A DNA stretch of 64,000 nucleotides from an uncultured Candidatus Saccharibacteria bacterium (GTDB lineage: Bacteria > Patescibacteriota > Minisyncoccia > Phycocordibacterales > UBA9973). The stretch lies in contig CAZGOI010000002.1 of NCBI GenBank assembly GCA_964527185.1, forward strand, positions 133,532 to 197,531, in the 5' to 3' direction. Shown piece by piece: positions 27,080 to 37,701 of this stretch (the first letter of the stretch is position 1; each line of letters opens with the position of its first letter). Below the pieces are notes generated by a model that was not told the origin of the DNA, ran no database searches, and was given only the letters and a program-made list of their open reading frames with translations. The translations under genes and the position numbers were made by a program.

Positions 27080-27985
27080 TTAACTTATACTTGCCATACC
27101 GGCACTGATTTCTGATATTTCTTGGGTGATGCCTGCTTGGCGGGCCTTGTTGAATATGAGGGTCAACTCGCCTATCATCTCGCCGGCTGCTTCACTGGCA
27201 TTTTTCATCGCAATCATTCTTGAAGATTGCTCGGAAGCGCTCGATTCAAGGACCATCTGATAGATCTGCATCCGGACTAATTTCTCGGCAAGTGATTCGA
27301 CTAAACTTGCAGTATCACCATCAAAAACGTATGGGATTTTTGGTTGATTTTTAACTTCGAGGCTGTCTTTTGCTTCGCCGATACTTTCGATCATCTCTCT
27401 AACTTCAGTCTTTGAAATTGGCAAAAGTTTTTTAACGTTGGGTTTCTGGGTCAATGCTGAGACAAAATCTGTATAGACGATATAGACATTTGAATACGCA
27501 CCCTTTTTATATTCCTCGAGGGTTAGTTTGGAAAGCGGCAGGGCATCGGCAAGAGTGATATTATTGTCTGGAATATTTAAAAATGAAGCGATGATATTTT
27601 GCCCGAGTCTTCGCATGGCAGTGTCGCCCTTTTTGCCGACAGTTATGATATCGATAGCTCTGTCGCCTTCTTTTTTAAGCGCGATGATGACCCTCTTTAT
27701 GACTTGGGCGTTATAGGCGCCACATAGCCCACCATTTGCAGTTACAAGGACAAATAAATCTTTGTTAGTATTTTTTTCATTAAAAAACAGGTGCGAGACT
27801 TCATCGAGTCTGTCGGCAAGCGAAGTTAGAAGCTCCCAAGAATAGCTAGCGTACAGCCGCGAAGACAAGGCTCGCGAAACCGCCCGCTTCATCTTCGAAG
27901 CCGCCACGAGCTCCATCGCCTTCGTGATCTTCTTTGTGTTTTTGACACTCTTTATTCGCTGTTTTATCTCTTTTGTCGCCGCCAT
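27080..27985 (-). CDS. atpG: F1 ATP synthase gamma subunit.
   Basis: MAATKEIKQRIKSVKNTKKITKAMELVAASKMKRA is a canonical gamma N-terminus. Confidence 0.9.
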   Translation of the reverse strand: MAATKEIKQRIKSVKNTKKITKAMELVAASKMKRAVSRALSSRLYASYSWELLTSLADRLDEVSHLFFNEKNTNKDLFVLVTANGGLCGAYNAQVIKRVIIALKKEGDRAIDIITVGKKGDTAMRRLGQNIIASFLNIPDNNITLADALPLSKLTLEEYKKGAYSNVYIVYTDFVSALTQKPNVKKLLPISKTEVREMIESIGEAKDSLEVKNQPKIPYVFDGDTASLVESLAEKLVRMQIYQMVLESSASEQSSRMIAMKNASEAAGEMIGELTLIFNKARQAGITQEISEISAGMASIS

Positions 27986-27990
27986 AAAAA

Positions 27991-29493
27991 TTATTTTACA
28001 AAGCTCATTTTAAAATTCTCAATTGCTTTTTTCAAATTTGCTTCACTTTCATCTGTCCACATTTTTTTCTCTGCAACTTCAGAATAGAAATCTTTCGCAT
28101 TTCTTTTAGCGTAATCGACCAAGCCTTCTTCAAATTCTTTAATTTTGGCAACAGGCACATCATCGACATACCCTTTGACGAGCGCATAGAGCGTGACAAC
28201 CTGGTCTATCGTTGCCACCGGGGCGTATTGAGGCTGTTTAAGAAGTTCGACAGCTCGTTTGCCACGTTCGAGCTGGCGCTTGGTAGATTCATCGAGATCA
28301 GAGCCGAATTGGGCAAAAGCTTCGAGTTCACGATATTGGGCTAGGTCGAGCTTGAGCGTGCCTGCGACTTTTTTCATTGCTTTTATCTGGGCATTACCGC
28401 CGACACGCGAGACAGAGAAGCCGACGTTGACCGCAGGGCGAATGCCTTTATAAAAAAGATCTGTTTCGAGGAATATCTGGCCGTCGGTGATCGAGATCAC
28501 ATTTGTCGGAATATATGCCGAAATATCTCCAGCTTGGGTTTCGATTATCGGCAAAGCAGTAATCGACCCGCCACCATAATCTTTATTGCGCCGGCAGGCG
28601 CGCTCGAGTAATCTTGAATGCAAATAAAATACATCTCCTGGGTAGGCTTCGCGGCCTGGTGGTCGGCGAAGAAGAAGAGAAATTTCTCGGTAGGCAACGG
28701 CGTGCTTTGAAAGGTCATCATAAATGATTAGCACATCTTTGCCTTGCTCCATGAAGTATTCTGCAATCGCCACGCCAGTATATGGGGCGATGTATGCAAG
28801 CGAAGCGGGTTCAGATGCGCCAGCCGAAACAATGATCGTGTATTCCATCGCCCCGCCTTCTTCTAGGCGAGTTTCTATTTTGCGAAGCTTCGAATCTTTT
28901 TGACCGATTGAAACATAGATACAGATCATATCTTGGCCTTTTTGGTTTAAGATTGTGTCGATGGCAATTGCGGTTTTGCCAGTCTGTCTGTCGCCGATGA
29001 TGAGCTCGCGCTGGCCGCGGCCGATCGGGATGAGAGCGTCAATTGCTTTGATGCCAGTCTGCATCGGTTGGTCGACAGATTGGCGGCTCATAACACCAGA
29101 GGCAACTTTCTCTATCGGGTTTCGTTTGTCTGTTTTTATGTCACCCTTGCCGTCGATCGGTTTGCCGATAGCATTTAAAACTCTACCGATTTGGGCGTCG
29201 CTAACAGGGACCGAGAGGATTTCGCCGGTTGCTTTAACTTCTTCGCCTTCTTTGATCTTTGTAAAATCGCCAAGCACGATGATACCAACAGAATCTTCTT
29301 CGAGGTTGAGCGCTACACCAGCCCCACCCGAGGCAAACGCGACCATCTCTGAAGCTTTCAGTTCTGAAAGACCGGAAACGCGGGCGATACCATCGAAAAC
29401 TTCGACAACATGGCCGACCTTCTCGGCCTTGATCGCTGTTTCGAATTTCTCGATCTGCTTTCTTAAATTTTCTACAATGTGATTTTGGCTCAT
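27991..29493 (-). CDS. atpA: F1 ATP synthase alpha subunit.
   Basis: Walker [10 protein letters not shown] and alpha-specific regions. Confidence 0.95.
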   Translation of the reverse strand: MSQNHIVENLRKQIEKFETAIKAEKVGHVVEVFDGIARVSGLSELKASEMVAFASGGAGVALNLEEDSVGIIVLGDFTKIKEGEEVKATGEILSVPVSDAQIGRVLNAIGKPIDGKGDIKTDKRNPIEKVASGVMSRQSVDQPMQTGIKAIDALIPIGRGQRELIIGDRQTGKTAIAIDTILNQKGQDMICIYVSIGQKDSKLRKIETRLEEGGAMEYTIIVSAGASEPASLAYIAPYTGVAIAEYFMEQGKDVLIIYDDLSKHAVAYREISLLLRRPPGREAYPGDVFYLHSRLLERACRRNKDYGGGSITALPIIETQAGDISAYIPTNVISITDGQIFLETDLFYKGIRPAVNVGFSVSRVGGNAQIKAMKKVAGTLKLDLAQYRELEAFAQFGSDLDESTKRQLERGKRAVELLKQPQYAPVATIDQVVTLYALVKGYVDDVPVAKIKEFEEGLVDYAKRNAKDFYSEVAEKKMWTDESEANLKKAIENFKMSFVK

Positions 29494-29494
29494 A

Positions 29495-29899
29495 CTAGTT
29501 TGTAATTAAATAATTTTGTAAACCTTTCAATTTGTTGGCAAGTGTCGTGTCTAGCACCTCGTCCCCCACTTCTATCTTGACCCCGCCCAAGAGCTCTTTG
29601 TCTTCTCTAAAATCAAGACTTACATCTTTTGCCTTATATCTTTTTTTTAATATCGTTTCGATCTCGTCTATCTTGTGGCGGTTTAATTTCCATTTCGAGC
29701 TAACCCGCGCTTTCACAACCCCATCTTTTCTGTCAATAATTTTTTCTAGTTCATCGGCTATCTGCGGAGTTTTTGAAAGCAAACCTCGGTGATAGATAAA
29801 CTCGACAGTGTTTTTTAAAAATTGGTCGAGCTCTTTGCCAGATTTATCTTTTCCGGATTCATAGATTGCAAATGCGAAATTTTTGAGCGAGATAGCCAT
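29495..29899 (-). CDS. atpH: F1 ATP synthase delta (OSCP) subunit. It is short at 134 aa.
   Basis: Assigned by position between atpF and atpA and by a delta-like C-terminus ([25 protein letters not shown]). Confidence 0.7.
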   Translation of the reverse strand: MAISLKNFAFAIYESGKDKSGKELDQFLKNTVEFIYHRGLLSKTPQIADELEKIIDRKDGVVKARVSSKWKLNRHKIDEIETILKKRYKAKDVSLDFREDKELLGGVKIEVGDEVLDTTLANKLKGLQNYLITN

Positions 29900-29900
29900 A

Positions 29901-30392
29901 TTACATTTTTTTAATTTGCTTTATAGCTTTCTCATCAAAATCCTCATCGACATGAGATTCGAGAAGTTTCTCGGTCGCCCCGACAACTAGCGCGACTATC
30001 TCGCCCCTAGCTTCTTCGACGATTTTTATTTTTTCAGCTTCCAGGTTTTTCTTGCCATTTGCAATCATCTGGGCGACTTCAGCTCCCGTCTTCTTTACTG
30101 TTTCTTTGCGATTATTTTCTGCATCAATTTTTGCTTGTTTAGAGATTTCATTTGCTTCGGCTCGGGCTTCTGCCAAAACTTTTTCATACTCTTTCTTTGT
30201 TTTCTCAACGAGCGCTGCATTTGTCTTTGCGTCTTCTAGGCCAATGGCAATTTTATTTGATCGATCATTCATCAACTTCTTTAACGGTTTCATAGCAAAG
30301 AAATAAATAACACCAAAAACAATGCCAAAATTTACAATTTGAGCAAGCATTATCTTCCAATCTATATGAAATGTTGTTATAAATGCGTCCAT
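29901..30392 (-). CDS. atpF: Fo ATP synthase b subunit.
   Basis: Single N-terminal TM followed by a long charged helix (EKTKKEYEKVLAEARAEANE...). Confidence 0.75.
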   Translation of the reverse strand: MDAFITTFHIDWKIMLAQIVNFGIVFGVIYFFAMKPLKKLMNDRSNKIAIGLEDAKTNAALVEKTKKEYEKVLAEARAEANEISKQAKIDAENNRKETVKKTGAEVAQMIANGKKNLEAEKIKIVEEARGEIVALVVGATEKLLESHVDEDFDEKAIKQIKKM

Positions 30393-30455
30393 AATTTAGT
30401 TTCTGGTTTAGAGCGGTAAGATTAAAATATCTCTCCGCCCCCAAGCAAAACCCAA

Positions 30456-30701
<246 letters not shown>

Positions 30702-30721
30702 TTATAATAATAAATTTCCTT

Positions 30722-31588
30722 CTACGTCGCGTGTGTCATTTCATTGCTATGTTCATGTTCGTCGTGATCTTGTGAAGCGATTGTGAAGTAGACGAGCACC
30801 AGAACTGGGAATATTAATGCTTGTATGACGCCGACGAAAACCTCAAGAAACATGAACGGCACTGGCAAGATATAAGCAAATATCGCTCCCATTGAAAGCA
30901 AAAGTACTTCGCCAGCAAAAACATTACCAAAAAGACGAAATGAGAGAGATAATACTTTCGTAAATTCACCGACAAACTCTATAAGCCCGACAAAGAATGT
31001 AACCGGTGCGACTATTAGAGTTATGGGTTCTCGGCGGATTTTAGTGAAAATACTGCCAAGTGCTTTTAGATTAACATATTTATTAAATGTTTTCCAGAGT
31101 CCGATCGAAGCGATGCCAAATATATTTGCACTAACTACTGATACGAAAGCAACAGCAAGCGTAGTATTGATATCAGCTGTCCCACTACGCAAAAACGGTA
31201 TAAACGAGGGCCCTTCCCTACCTTGCTCTATAAGGCCAAAGCCACCAAGTGGCAGAAGACCAATCCAATTACTTATCAGAAAAAATAGAAACATTGAAAA
31301 AGCAAATGGAAAAACCTTTTCAGATATTTTTCTATTACCAGTCACCTGATCGCATAACGATAGAGCGCCTTCAAGGATTATTTCAAAAAGGTTTTGAATC
31401 CCCCTCGGGATTTCTTTAAGTTTTCGGCGCAGTGCTATCATCATGATGACTATTATAACCACGACCAACCAACTGGTCAGAAGTGAATTTGTAATAGTAA
31501 AAGACCCAACGTGACCGATTGGTTCGGCATAAAGTGTGACTTCATGATTGATCGTAGTAGTTTGATTTTGATTAATTTGAGGTTGCAT
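30722..31588 (-). CDS. atpB: Fo ATP synthase a subunit.
   Basis: LSLSFRLFGNVFAGEVLL carries the conserved Arg motif. Confidence 0.85.
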   Translation of the reverse strand: MQPQINQNQTTTINHEVTLYAEPIGHVGSFTITNSLLTSWLVVVIIVIMMIALRRKLKEIPRGIQNLFEIILEGALSLCDQVTGNRKISEKVFPFAFSMFLFFLISNWIGLLPLGGFGLIEQGREGPSFIPFLRSGTADINTTLAVAFVSVVSANIFGIASIGLWKTFNKYVNLKALGSIFTKIRREPITLIVAPVTFFVGLIEFVGEFTKVLSLSFRLFGNVFAGEVLLLSMGAIFAYILPVPFMFLEVFVGVIQALIFPVLVLVYFTIASQDHDEHEHSNEMTHAT

Positions 31589-31862
31589 CTGATTTTATAT
31601 TTTCACTTTGCTTTTTTATTTTATCTTCCTCACCAATTTTCTTTATATATTTCATAGATATTCTGGCGATTGCTATCATCGAAATTATAAAAGCTATACC
31701 AGTCAGGGTTATGAATATCCATGGATCTGTACCGAAACGTTTATCAAGATATTTACCCATAAAAAGTGCGAACACAATTGGAATAGCTACCCAGACAGAA
31801 ACCCCGGCAAACATTATTATTGCAGGTTGCCACCAATTGTTATTTTTTTTGTCTTCTTGCAT
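31572..31862 (-). CDS. Small membrane protein upstream of atpB, possibly an AtpZ/AtpI-like ATP synthase protein I. The start is revised to MQEDKK (ATG at 31862).
   Basis: Two TM helices, placed first in the atp operon. The longer ORF-track start (32030) would run through tRNA-Ile. Confidence 0.45.
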   Translation of the reverse strand: MQEDKKNNNWWQPAIIMFAGVSVWVAIPIVFALFMGKYLDKRFGTDPWIFITLTGIAFIISMIAIARISMKYIKKIGEEDKIKKQSENIKSDATSN

Positions 31863-31955
31863 AAAAAGAAAGTGGCCTAAAGCCACCTGTAATGTATCAA
31901 AAAATTGCCATATTTTCAAGTTTTTGCTATAGTATGTAACGTTTTTACCAAAAAC

Positions 31956-32027
31956 GCGTGTGTAGTTCAGTGGTAGAACGCTGTCCTGATAAGACAGAGG
32001 TCGAAGGTTCGATTCCTTCCACACGCA
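31956..32027 (+). tRNA. tRNA-Ile (anticodon GAU).
   Basis: Hand-folded: acceptor gcgtgtg/cacacgc, D-stem gttc/gaac, anticodon stem ctgtc/gacag with loop ctGATaa, and T-arm gaagg-TTCGATT-ccttc. Confidence 0.8.
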
Positions 32028-32037
32028 CAAACAAAAA

Positions 32038-32066
32038 CCCCCTTCGATTTCTCGAGGGGATTTTTG
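32038..32066. terminator. Terminator hairpin (ccccttcga...tcgagggg plus TTTTT) after tRNA-Ile. It also sits just 3' of the convergent RRM gene.
   Basis: Inverted repeat with a one-base bulge, then ATTTTTG. Confidence 0.6.
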
Positions 32067-32086
32067 CTAAAATATTTTCTATTTTA

Positions 32087-32347
32087 TTATGCTCTAGGTT
32101 GCATTGGGCGCGCTTCGTTGACGGTTAGATTTCGTCCATCGAAATCCTTACCATCAAACATTGAGATAGCCTTGTCTGCATCGGCGTCGTTTTCCATTTC
32201 AACGAATCCGAAACCCTTAGAACGACCAGTCATCTTATCCATAATAATGGTAGCAGACGAAACTGCGCCTGCCTGCTCAAAGTGTGACTTGAGCTCATCA
32301 TTGGTCGTCTTGTAAGGGAGACCGCCGACATATAACTTCTTTGCCAT
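32087..32347 (-). CDS. RNA-binding protein with a single RRM domain. The start is revised to MAKKLYVGGL.
   Basis: RNP-2 LYVGGL and RNP-1 KGFGFVEM. Confidence 0.8.
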   Translation of the reverse strand: MAKKLYVGGLPYKTTNDELKSHFEQAGAVSSATIIMDKMTGRSKGFGFVEMENDADADKAISMFDGKDFDGRNLTVNEARPMQPRA

Positions 32348-32575
32348 ATATGACAATGTGCATTCGCAAAATATTACTTAAATAATATTTCACAAATTAA
32401 CTAATCCTTCGCTTTCGCTCAGGATCCCGACACATGGTCGGGGCTTATAAATGTAATCGCAAGCTAGATCCTCATTTACATACCTCAATGTTTTAACATT
32501 AGAGAATGAAACAATAAACCAAAACGCGTGACAACTACTTCCTGAAGTATACCATAACAAGACCCAAGTAGCAAG

Positions 32576-33547
32576 TTATTCCTCTTCGGCGTTACCTACT
32601 TCGCCGGTTTGGAGCGAGTCGATGATCTTTGTGATATTGCCATCCATGATGCTCGGAATATTGGACCAAGATTGCTTGATACGGTGGTCGGTCACGCGGT
32701 CTTGAGGAAAATTGTAAGTTCGGATTTTCTCGCTTCTGTCCCCTGTTCCGATTTGGTCTTTTCGTTCACCAGAATATTTTTTGGCTTCCTCTTCTTCTTT
32801 TAAAAGTTGAAGTTTAGCGGTCAAAATAGACATTGCCTTTTCACGATTAGCGGCCTGACTGCGTTCATTGGTCGAGCGAACGTCGATACCGGTTGGCTTG
32901 TGGATGAGTCGGACGGCTGTTTCAACTTTGTTTACATTCTGTCCGCCCTTGCCACCAGAGCGAGAGTATTCCATATCTATATCGGTTGGGTTAATTTCAA
33001 ATTTAACTTTTTTACGAATCGGCAGAATGGCAACCGATGCAGTCGAAGTGTGAATACGGCCATTTTTTTCCGTGGCTGGGATTCTCTGCACTCTCTGCAC
33101 TCCAGTTTCATAGCGCAAAAGTTTATAGCAATCTTTGCCTTTTATTTCAAAAGAAGCTTCCTTGTAGCCGCCGACATCATTTCCAGACTCGCTAATATTT
33201 TTGAAACTCCAACTTTTATTTTCAGCAAATCGCTCATACATGTGCGCCAGCTCCCAAGCAAAAAGCGAAGCTTCGTCACCGCCGGCGCCAGCCCTAACCT
33301 CAAGGACGAGTTCATTGGGAAATTCGTCTTCTTCCTTTTCGCTTTTCAATATTTCTTCAACTTGCCTTGTGATTGCTTCTTTTTGAAATTTGATATTTTG
33401 CAGTTCTTCGTCGGCCAAGTCTCTGAGCGATTCATCTTGCGCAACCATCTCTAGCACTTTTTTTTCTTCGTTTGCAAGCCTTTCGTATTCGAGCGCGAAA
33501 TAGCTCGTCTTGTGATCTTTTTTCAATTGTTCCCAGTCTAGGTTCAT
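32576..33547 (-). CDS. prfA: Peptide chain release factor 1. The start is revised to MNLDWEQL.
   Basis: GGQ motif ([12 protein letters not shown]) and an RF1-type P-A-T tripeptide (RIPATE). Confidence 0.9.
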   Translation of the reverse strand: MNLDWEQLKKDHKTSYFALEYERLANEEKKVLEMVAQDESLRDLADEELQNIKFQKEAITRQVEEILKSEKEEDEFPNELVLEVRAGAGGDEASLFAWELAHMYERFAENKSWSFKNISESGNDVGGYKEASFEIKGKDCYKLLRYETGVQRVQRIPATEKNGRIHTSTASVAILPIRKKVKFEINPTDIDMEYSRSGGKGGQNVNKVETAVRLIHKPTGIDVRSTNERSQAANREKAMSILTAKLQLLKEEEEAKKYSGERKDQIGTGDRSEKIRTYNFPQDRVTDHRIKQSWSNIPSIMDGNITKIIDSLQTGEVGNAEEE

Positions 33548-33616
33548 ATATTTTAAATTGTAACAAATAAAAAACCACAAATCAGCTTTTGAGAACTGAC
33601 CTGTGGTTTTTTAAAT

Positions 33617-33826
33617 TTATTTCTTTGCAGCAGCAACACGTCGCTTGAAGCGATCGACGCGGCCGGCCGTGTCTACTACTTTATCGTTGCCAGTGTAAAA
33701 AGGGTGGCACTGGCTGCAGATTTCAATTTCCATATTATCGAGGGTTGAACCAACAGTAAAAGTTGCCCCACAGGCGCAGGTAACTTTGGTTTTGTCGTTG
33801 TATTTTGGGTGAATATTTTTTTGCAT
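33617..33826 (-). CDS. rpmE: 50S ribosomal protein L31 (zinc-binding type).
   Basis: MQKNIHPKY start and the CxC...CxxCH zinc ribbon. Confidence 0.85.
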   Translation of the reverse strand: MQKNIHPKYNDKTKVTCACGATFTVGSTLDNMEIEICSQCHPFYTGNDKVVDTAGRVDRFKRRVAAAKK

Positions 33827-33851
33827 ACCGCGCTATATTAACACGTAAAGG

Positions 33852-35216
33852 TTAGCTTTGCAATGGGTCGATCATTGTTTGTTGAATGTTGTTTGCTTTG
33901 GCCATAACACTTCGACCATACGAACATGTCGAACCGCCGGAACCATAATATTTACAAGCAGCCCTAAGTTTAGATGAATAACTGCTTCCAGATGCCCCTA
34001 AATCAGCCAAAAATAGAGCTGAGGCGGTGAAAGCGTCTCGAGGGTTCCAAGGGTCTGGTATGACAATTCCAAGAGCATTTGCAACCCTATTTTTAATCCC
34101 AGACCAGGTCGAAGGTATAAATTGAGCGGGTCCCATAGCTCCACCCCAACTAGATGCGCCAGCCGATGCAATTGGGCAAGAAACAAGAGTTTTATATGGG
34201 TCCCTACCAAGCGCCGTGGTGATATCTACAAATGGAGTTGTGTCGCGTATCGGCTTCATAACATTTCTATAAACTGTATTGCTGCGAGCGCTCACACCTT
34301 GGCCGGTATCCATACTCGTGACATAGCAGGAACCCTGGTCGGTACCCAAATTACTCTCTTGGGTAATGATGGCAAGAAGGAATGCTGGGTCAACACCAGT
34401 AATTTTTGATGCTTGGTTTGCGTAATCGAGCGCTTGACCGAATGGGATAGCAACTGCATCACGAAGATTGAAAAGAACAGCTAGGATTTGGGCTCGACGC
34501 TTTGCTTTGTCATCTAGGATTTTTTGATATTCTTTTTCTTTATCTTTACTGATTGATAGAAGTTGTTGCTTTTGCTGCTGGCTCAATTCGACTTGGTGTT
34601 TTGCATTTTCAAGTTGAACCTTGGCATCGGTTTCTTCGTTACGTTTTACTTCGAGTGTTTGCTTGGCCGATTCGGTCTCGACTTTGATGCCATTAATTTC
34701 ATCGACAGATTTTTTAATTCCAACTTTGAGCGATGCAAAGCTGTCGATATCTCCATAGGCAAGCGATAGTGTATCTTTGGATAGAATAAATGCCAATATT
34801 GTCTTGTCGTCTATCTCCCTATCTTTGCGGATTAGCTGGGCTAGAGATTCCTTCTCGGTTTCAACTTTTGTTGTCAAGGTTACTATTTCCTGATTTTTAT
34901 CTGTGATCTCACCACCAAGTTTTTTTATGATAAGATTTTTTGCTTGAATATCCAATTTTGATTTATTTATTTGGGTAGTCAAAATGGCTATGTCTCGAGA
35001 AAGCGAAACCGATTGGCCCTTTTGATTTGCTAATTCTTGTTGTTTTTGGGCAATTTCTTGTTCGAGTGTTTGCAGTTCGGCTTCGAGGGCGGCTTTATCG
35101 GCTTGGGCATTTTGCAAGGCTTGGTCGGCGTAGGCTACCAAATAACCATTTAAATAATTACCAATGAGGCAAAATATAAGGACAAAAACAAAACAATGTC
35201 GAAATGATCGTCGCAT
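33852..35216 (-). CDS. Secreted MltB-like lytic transglycosylase with a long N-terminal coiled-coil domain.
   Basis: Signal peptide, about 200 aa of Q/E/K-rich heptad coiled coil, then catalytic ITQESNLG and GAMGPAQFIPSTW motifs (compare MltB ESxxG and GAMGxxQFMPS). Confidence 0.6.
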   Translation of the reverse strand: MRRSFRHCFVFVLIFCLIGNYLNGYLVAYADQALQNAQADKAALEAELQTLEQEIAQKQQELANQKGQSVSLSRDIAILTTQINKSKLDIQAKNLIIKKLGGEITDKNQEIVTLTTKVETEKESLAQLIRKDREIDDKTILAFILSKDTLSLAYGDIDSFASLKVGIKKSVDEINGIKVETESAKQTLEVKRNEETDAKVQLENAKHQVELSQQQKQQLLSISKDKEKEYQKILDDKAKRRAQILAVLFNLRDAVAIPFGQALDYANQASKITGVDPAFLLAIITQESNLGTDQGSCYVTSMDTGQGVSARSNTVYRNVMKPIRDTTPFVDITTALGRDPYKTLVSCPIASAGASSWGGAMGPAQFIPSTWSGIKNRVANALGIVIPDPWNPRDAFTASALFLADLGASGSSYSSKLRAACKYYGSGGSTCSYGRSVMAKANNIQQTMIDPLQS

Positions 35217-35277
35217 ACAAACCTATTATATCATACAAAAAATCCCAGATTTCCACCTGAGAATTTTTTGGTTTAAA

Positions 35278-35949
35278 CTATTCTGCTTTTTCTTCTTCGC
35301 TAGTTTCAGTAACTTCTCCCTCTTCTTTCTTGCCCTTCTTTTCAACTTCGATTGTCGACAGATCGACTGGGGCTTCCTCTTCAACCTTTTCTTCTCTAAC
35401 GGCTGCTATAAGAGCGACAACTTCATCGGCATCAGTTTTAAGTTCTACGCCACTAGGTAGTTTAATATCTTTGGCATGAATTTGGTCACCAAGATTTGCC
35501 AAGTTTGTAATATCAACTTCAATATTGTGAGGTAAGTCTTTTGGTAGGGCTTTGATCTCAAATTCGTGGAGGACTTTGACGAGCACACCAAGACTATCTT
35601 TTTCAGCTTGAGCCAGGCCGATAAATTCGATAGGAACGTGAACCTCGATTGGCTTGTTCATATCTATGGCTAAGAAATCTATATGTATAGGGTAGCTTTT
35701 GACTGGGTCAACTTGAACATCATGAATGAGGACATCGATTTTTTTACCAGTGTCTCCTAGTTCGAGCACCACAGTGCCAGACTCGCCCACAATTTTTAGT
35801 ATTTTTTCAAACTGCGCACTCGGGACGGAAATCGATGTATTCTCCACACGAGCGCCATAGACGACTGCTGGAACTTGGCCGTTAGATCGCAAAGATCCCA
35901 ACTTGTCTGTCTTACTTCGCATTGCTGCGGTTAATGTTAATGCTTGCAT
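35278..35949 (-). CDS. rplY: 50S ribosomal protein L25 / general stress protein Ctc. The start is revised to MQALTL.
   Basis: NGQVPAVVYG motif and two beta-barrel domains, with an acidic C-terminal tail. Confidence 0.8.
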   Translation of the reverse strand: MQALTLTAAMRSKTDKLGSLRSNGQVPAVVYGARVENTSISVPSAQFEKILKIVGESGTVVLELGDTGKKIDVLIHDVQVDPVKSYPIHIDFLAIDMNKPIEVHVPIEFIGLAQAEKDSLGVLVKVLHEFEIKALPKDLPHNIEVDITNLANLGDQIHAKDIKLPSGVELKTDADEVVALIAAVREEKVEEEAPVDLSTIEVEKKGKKEEGEVTETSEEEKAE

Positions 35950-35989
35950 GGGCAAAATACTAGCACAAAAAAAATTTCTTGGCAATAAT

Positions 35990-37699
35990 TTACTTCTGCT
36001 TTTTTATATGCGATTCGATATATTTTATGGTAGCGTTAACTTTCTTCCCGGGGTTGAAGATATTATTTGGGTCGAAAATTTTCTTTGTTTTTTCAAAAAG
36101 ATCGTAGGTTTTTTCGCCAAACATCTGGCGCAAATATGGCGAACGGATTATACCGTCATTATGCTCGGCAGTTATCGAACCACCAAGTTTAATGACTAGA
36201 TCGTAAACCTTTTGTGATGCTTCAAGGATGATATTTTTAAGACTTGGATCTTTGGGATTAAGCAGTGTGTAGATATGCATATTACCGTCACCAGAATGGC
36301 CACCGACAGCAAATGTCATATGCTTGCCGTAGCTTCCAAGTATTTTATAGAGCTCTGGGTAAAACTCTGGCAATTTTTCTGGTTTTGTTATTACATCGTC
36401 TACAAATGGTTCTGATTTCATTTTCTTTAAGTGGTAGCGAATCAGATTGAAAGCTTCATGCCTAATCGTCCAGTATTTTTTCGCCTCAAATTCATTTCTG
36501 GTTATATGGACTCCAATTTTTTTAATATTTTTTAAATCTCTTTTTGCGATCTTGGCTTTTTCATCAACTTCTTCTTTTGTGTTGCCAGTGAATTCAACCA
36601 AGAGTATCAACCTCGGGAAACCATGGCAAAATGTCATCTTGATCTCAGGCCCAAAAGAAAACATCAGTCTGAAGAAATTTTTTAAACCAAGCAACTTTAC
36701 AAAACTCCATATGTATTTGAGGACGAGCAAAAAAGTTTTATCGTCATAGGATTCAAGAGTTTCTGGGTTGTGTTCTAGGATTTTACTCACGAGGTTTGGT
36801 AAGATTTTTATATCGCGTAAAAATACAACCACGAGTTTTGAAAATGGCTTGGGTTCTATTAAATGTAATGTTATCTTTGTCACGATTCCGAGCGTGCCCT
36901 GGGAACCGACTATGAGTTTGGTTAGATCAAAAACTTGTTTTTCTTCATCCCAAACATTCCACAAATAATAGCCAGCAGAATTTTTAGAAACTTTTGGCTT
37001 GGCTTTTTCTAAATCTTCTTTGTTTTCAATAACGAGGTTATAAATTTCTTTGTATAGATTACCCTCAAAGTTATTTTGAGAAATTTTTACTAGAAGTTCA
37101 TCTTTTGTTAACGGCTTAACTTCATATTCTTGCCCATCAGTTAAAACAACTTGCAAGCTTTTTATATAGTCTTCAGTTTTGCCATAGACGAGGGTTTTCT
37201 CGCCGCCAGAATTGTTTCCAACCATTCCACCCATAGCATTCAGACTCTTCGATGCCGTGTAACAAGGCAAGAGCAGGTTTTTTTCTAGCGTCTTTTTCTC
37301 AAAATCACGATAGTAACAACCGGGCTCGACAACAGCGGTGCCAGAGATTTCTATTTCCTGCGGATTAATGGGATTTTTTGTTTTTATAGAATATTGCGCG
37401 ACATTGTTTACTTCATAGATTTTGTTCATGTATCGCGTGAAATCTATGATGATCGATTCATTGATAGCCCCGCCAGACATGCAAGTGCCAGCCGACCTGG
37501 CGGTCAGGCTTAGGTTTGGATATTTTTGCTTGTTATCCCCAACCCATTTGACGAGAGCCTTGACGTCATCTCTATTTTTCGGAAAGACAACCAGCTCTGG
37601 CTTTACTTCAAATATAGACGCATCGTGAGAATATTTTTCGAGGGTCTCGTTGCTATTTTCAACATCGCCTTTAAAGAATTTTCGAATCTCTTCTTGCAT
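35990..37699 (-). CDS. FAD-linked oxidase family oxidoreductase (GlcD/D-lactate dehydrogenase-like).
   Basis: PCMH-type FAD-binding region (LTARSAGTCMSGGAINESIIIDF) and a C-terminal FAD-oxidase domain (VGGHSGDGNMHIY...NIFNPGK). Confidence 0.75.
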   Translation of the reverse strand: MQEEIRKFFKGDVENSNETLEKYSHDASIFEVKPELVVFPKNRDDVKALVKWVGDNKQKYPNLSLTARSAGTCMSGGAINESIIIDFTRYMNKIYEVNNVAQYSIKTKNPINPQEIEISGTAVVEPGCYYRDFEKKTLEKNLLLPCYTASKSLNAMGGMVGNNSGGEKTLVYGKTEDYIKSLQVVLTDGQEYEVKPLTKDELLVKISQNNFEGNLYKEIYNLVIENKEDLEKAKPKVSKNSAGYYLWNVWDEEKQVFDLTKLIVGSQGTLGIVTKITLHLIEPKPFSKLVVVFLRDIKILPNLVSKILEHNPETLESYDDKTFLLVLKYIWSFVKLLGLKNFFRLMFSFGPEIKMTFCHGFPRLILLVEFTGNTKEEVDEKAKIAKRDLKNIKKIGVHITRNEFEAKKYWTIRHEAFNLIRYHLKKMKSEPFVDDVITKPEKLPEFYPELYKILGSYGKHMTFAVGGHSGDGNMHIYTLLNPKDPSLKNIILEASQKVYDLVIKLGGSITAEHNDGIIRSPYLRQMFGEKTYDLFEKTKKIFDPNNIFNPGKKVNATIKYIESHIKKQK

Positions 37700-37701
37700 T
37701 T

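Noticed and set aside
31863-32030. N-terminal 56 codons of ORF 31572-32030 (MCVWKESNLRPLSYQDSVLPLNY...).
   Set aside because: It is antisense to a well-formed tRNA-Ile(GAU). The gene plausibly starts at the internal ATG at 31862 (MQEDKK...).
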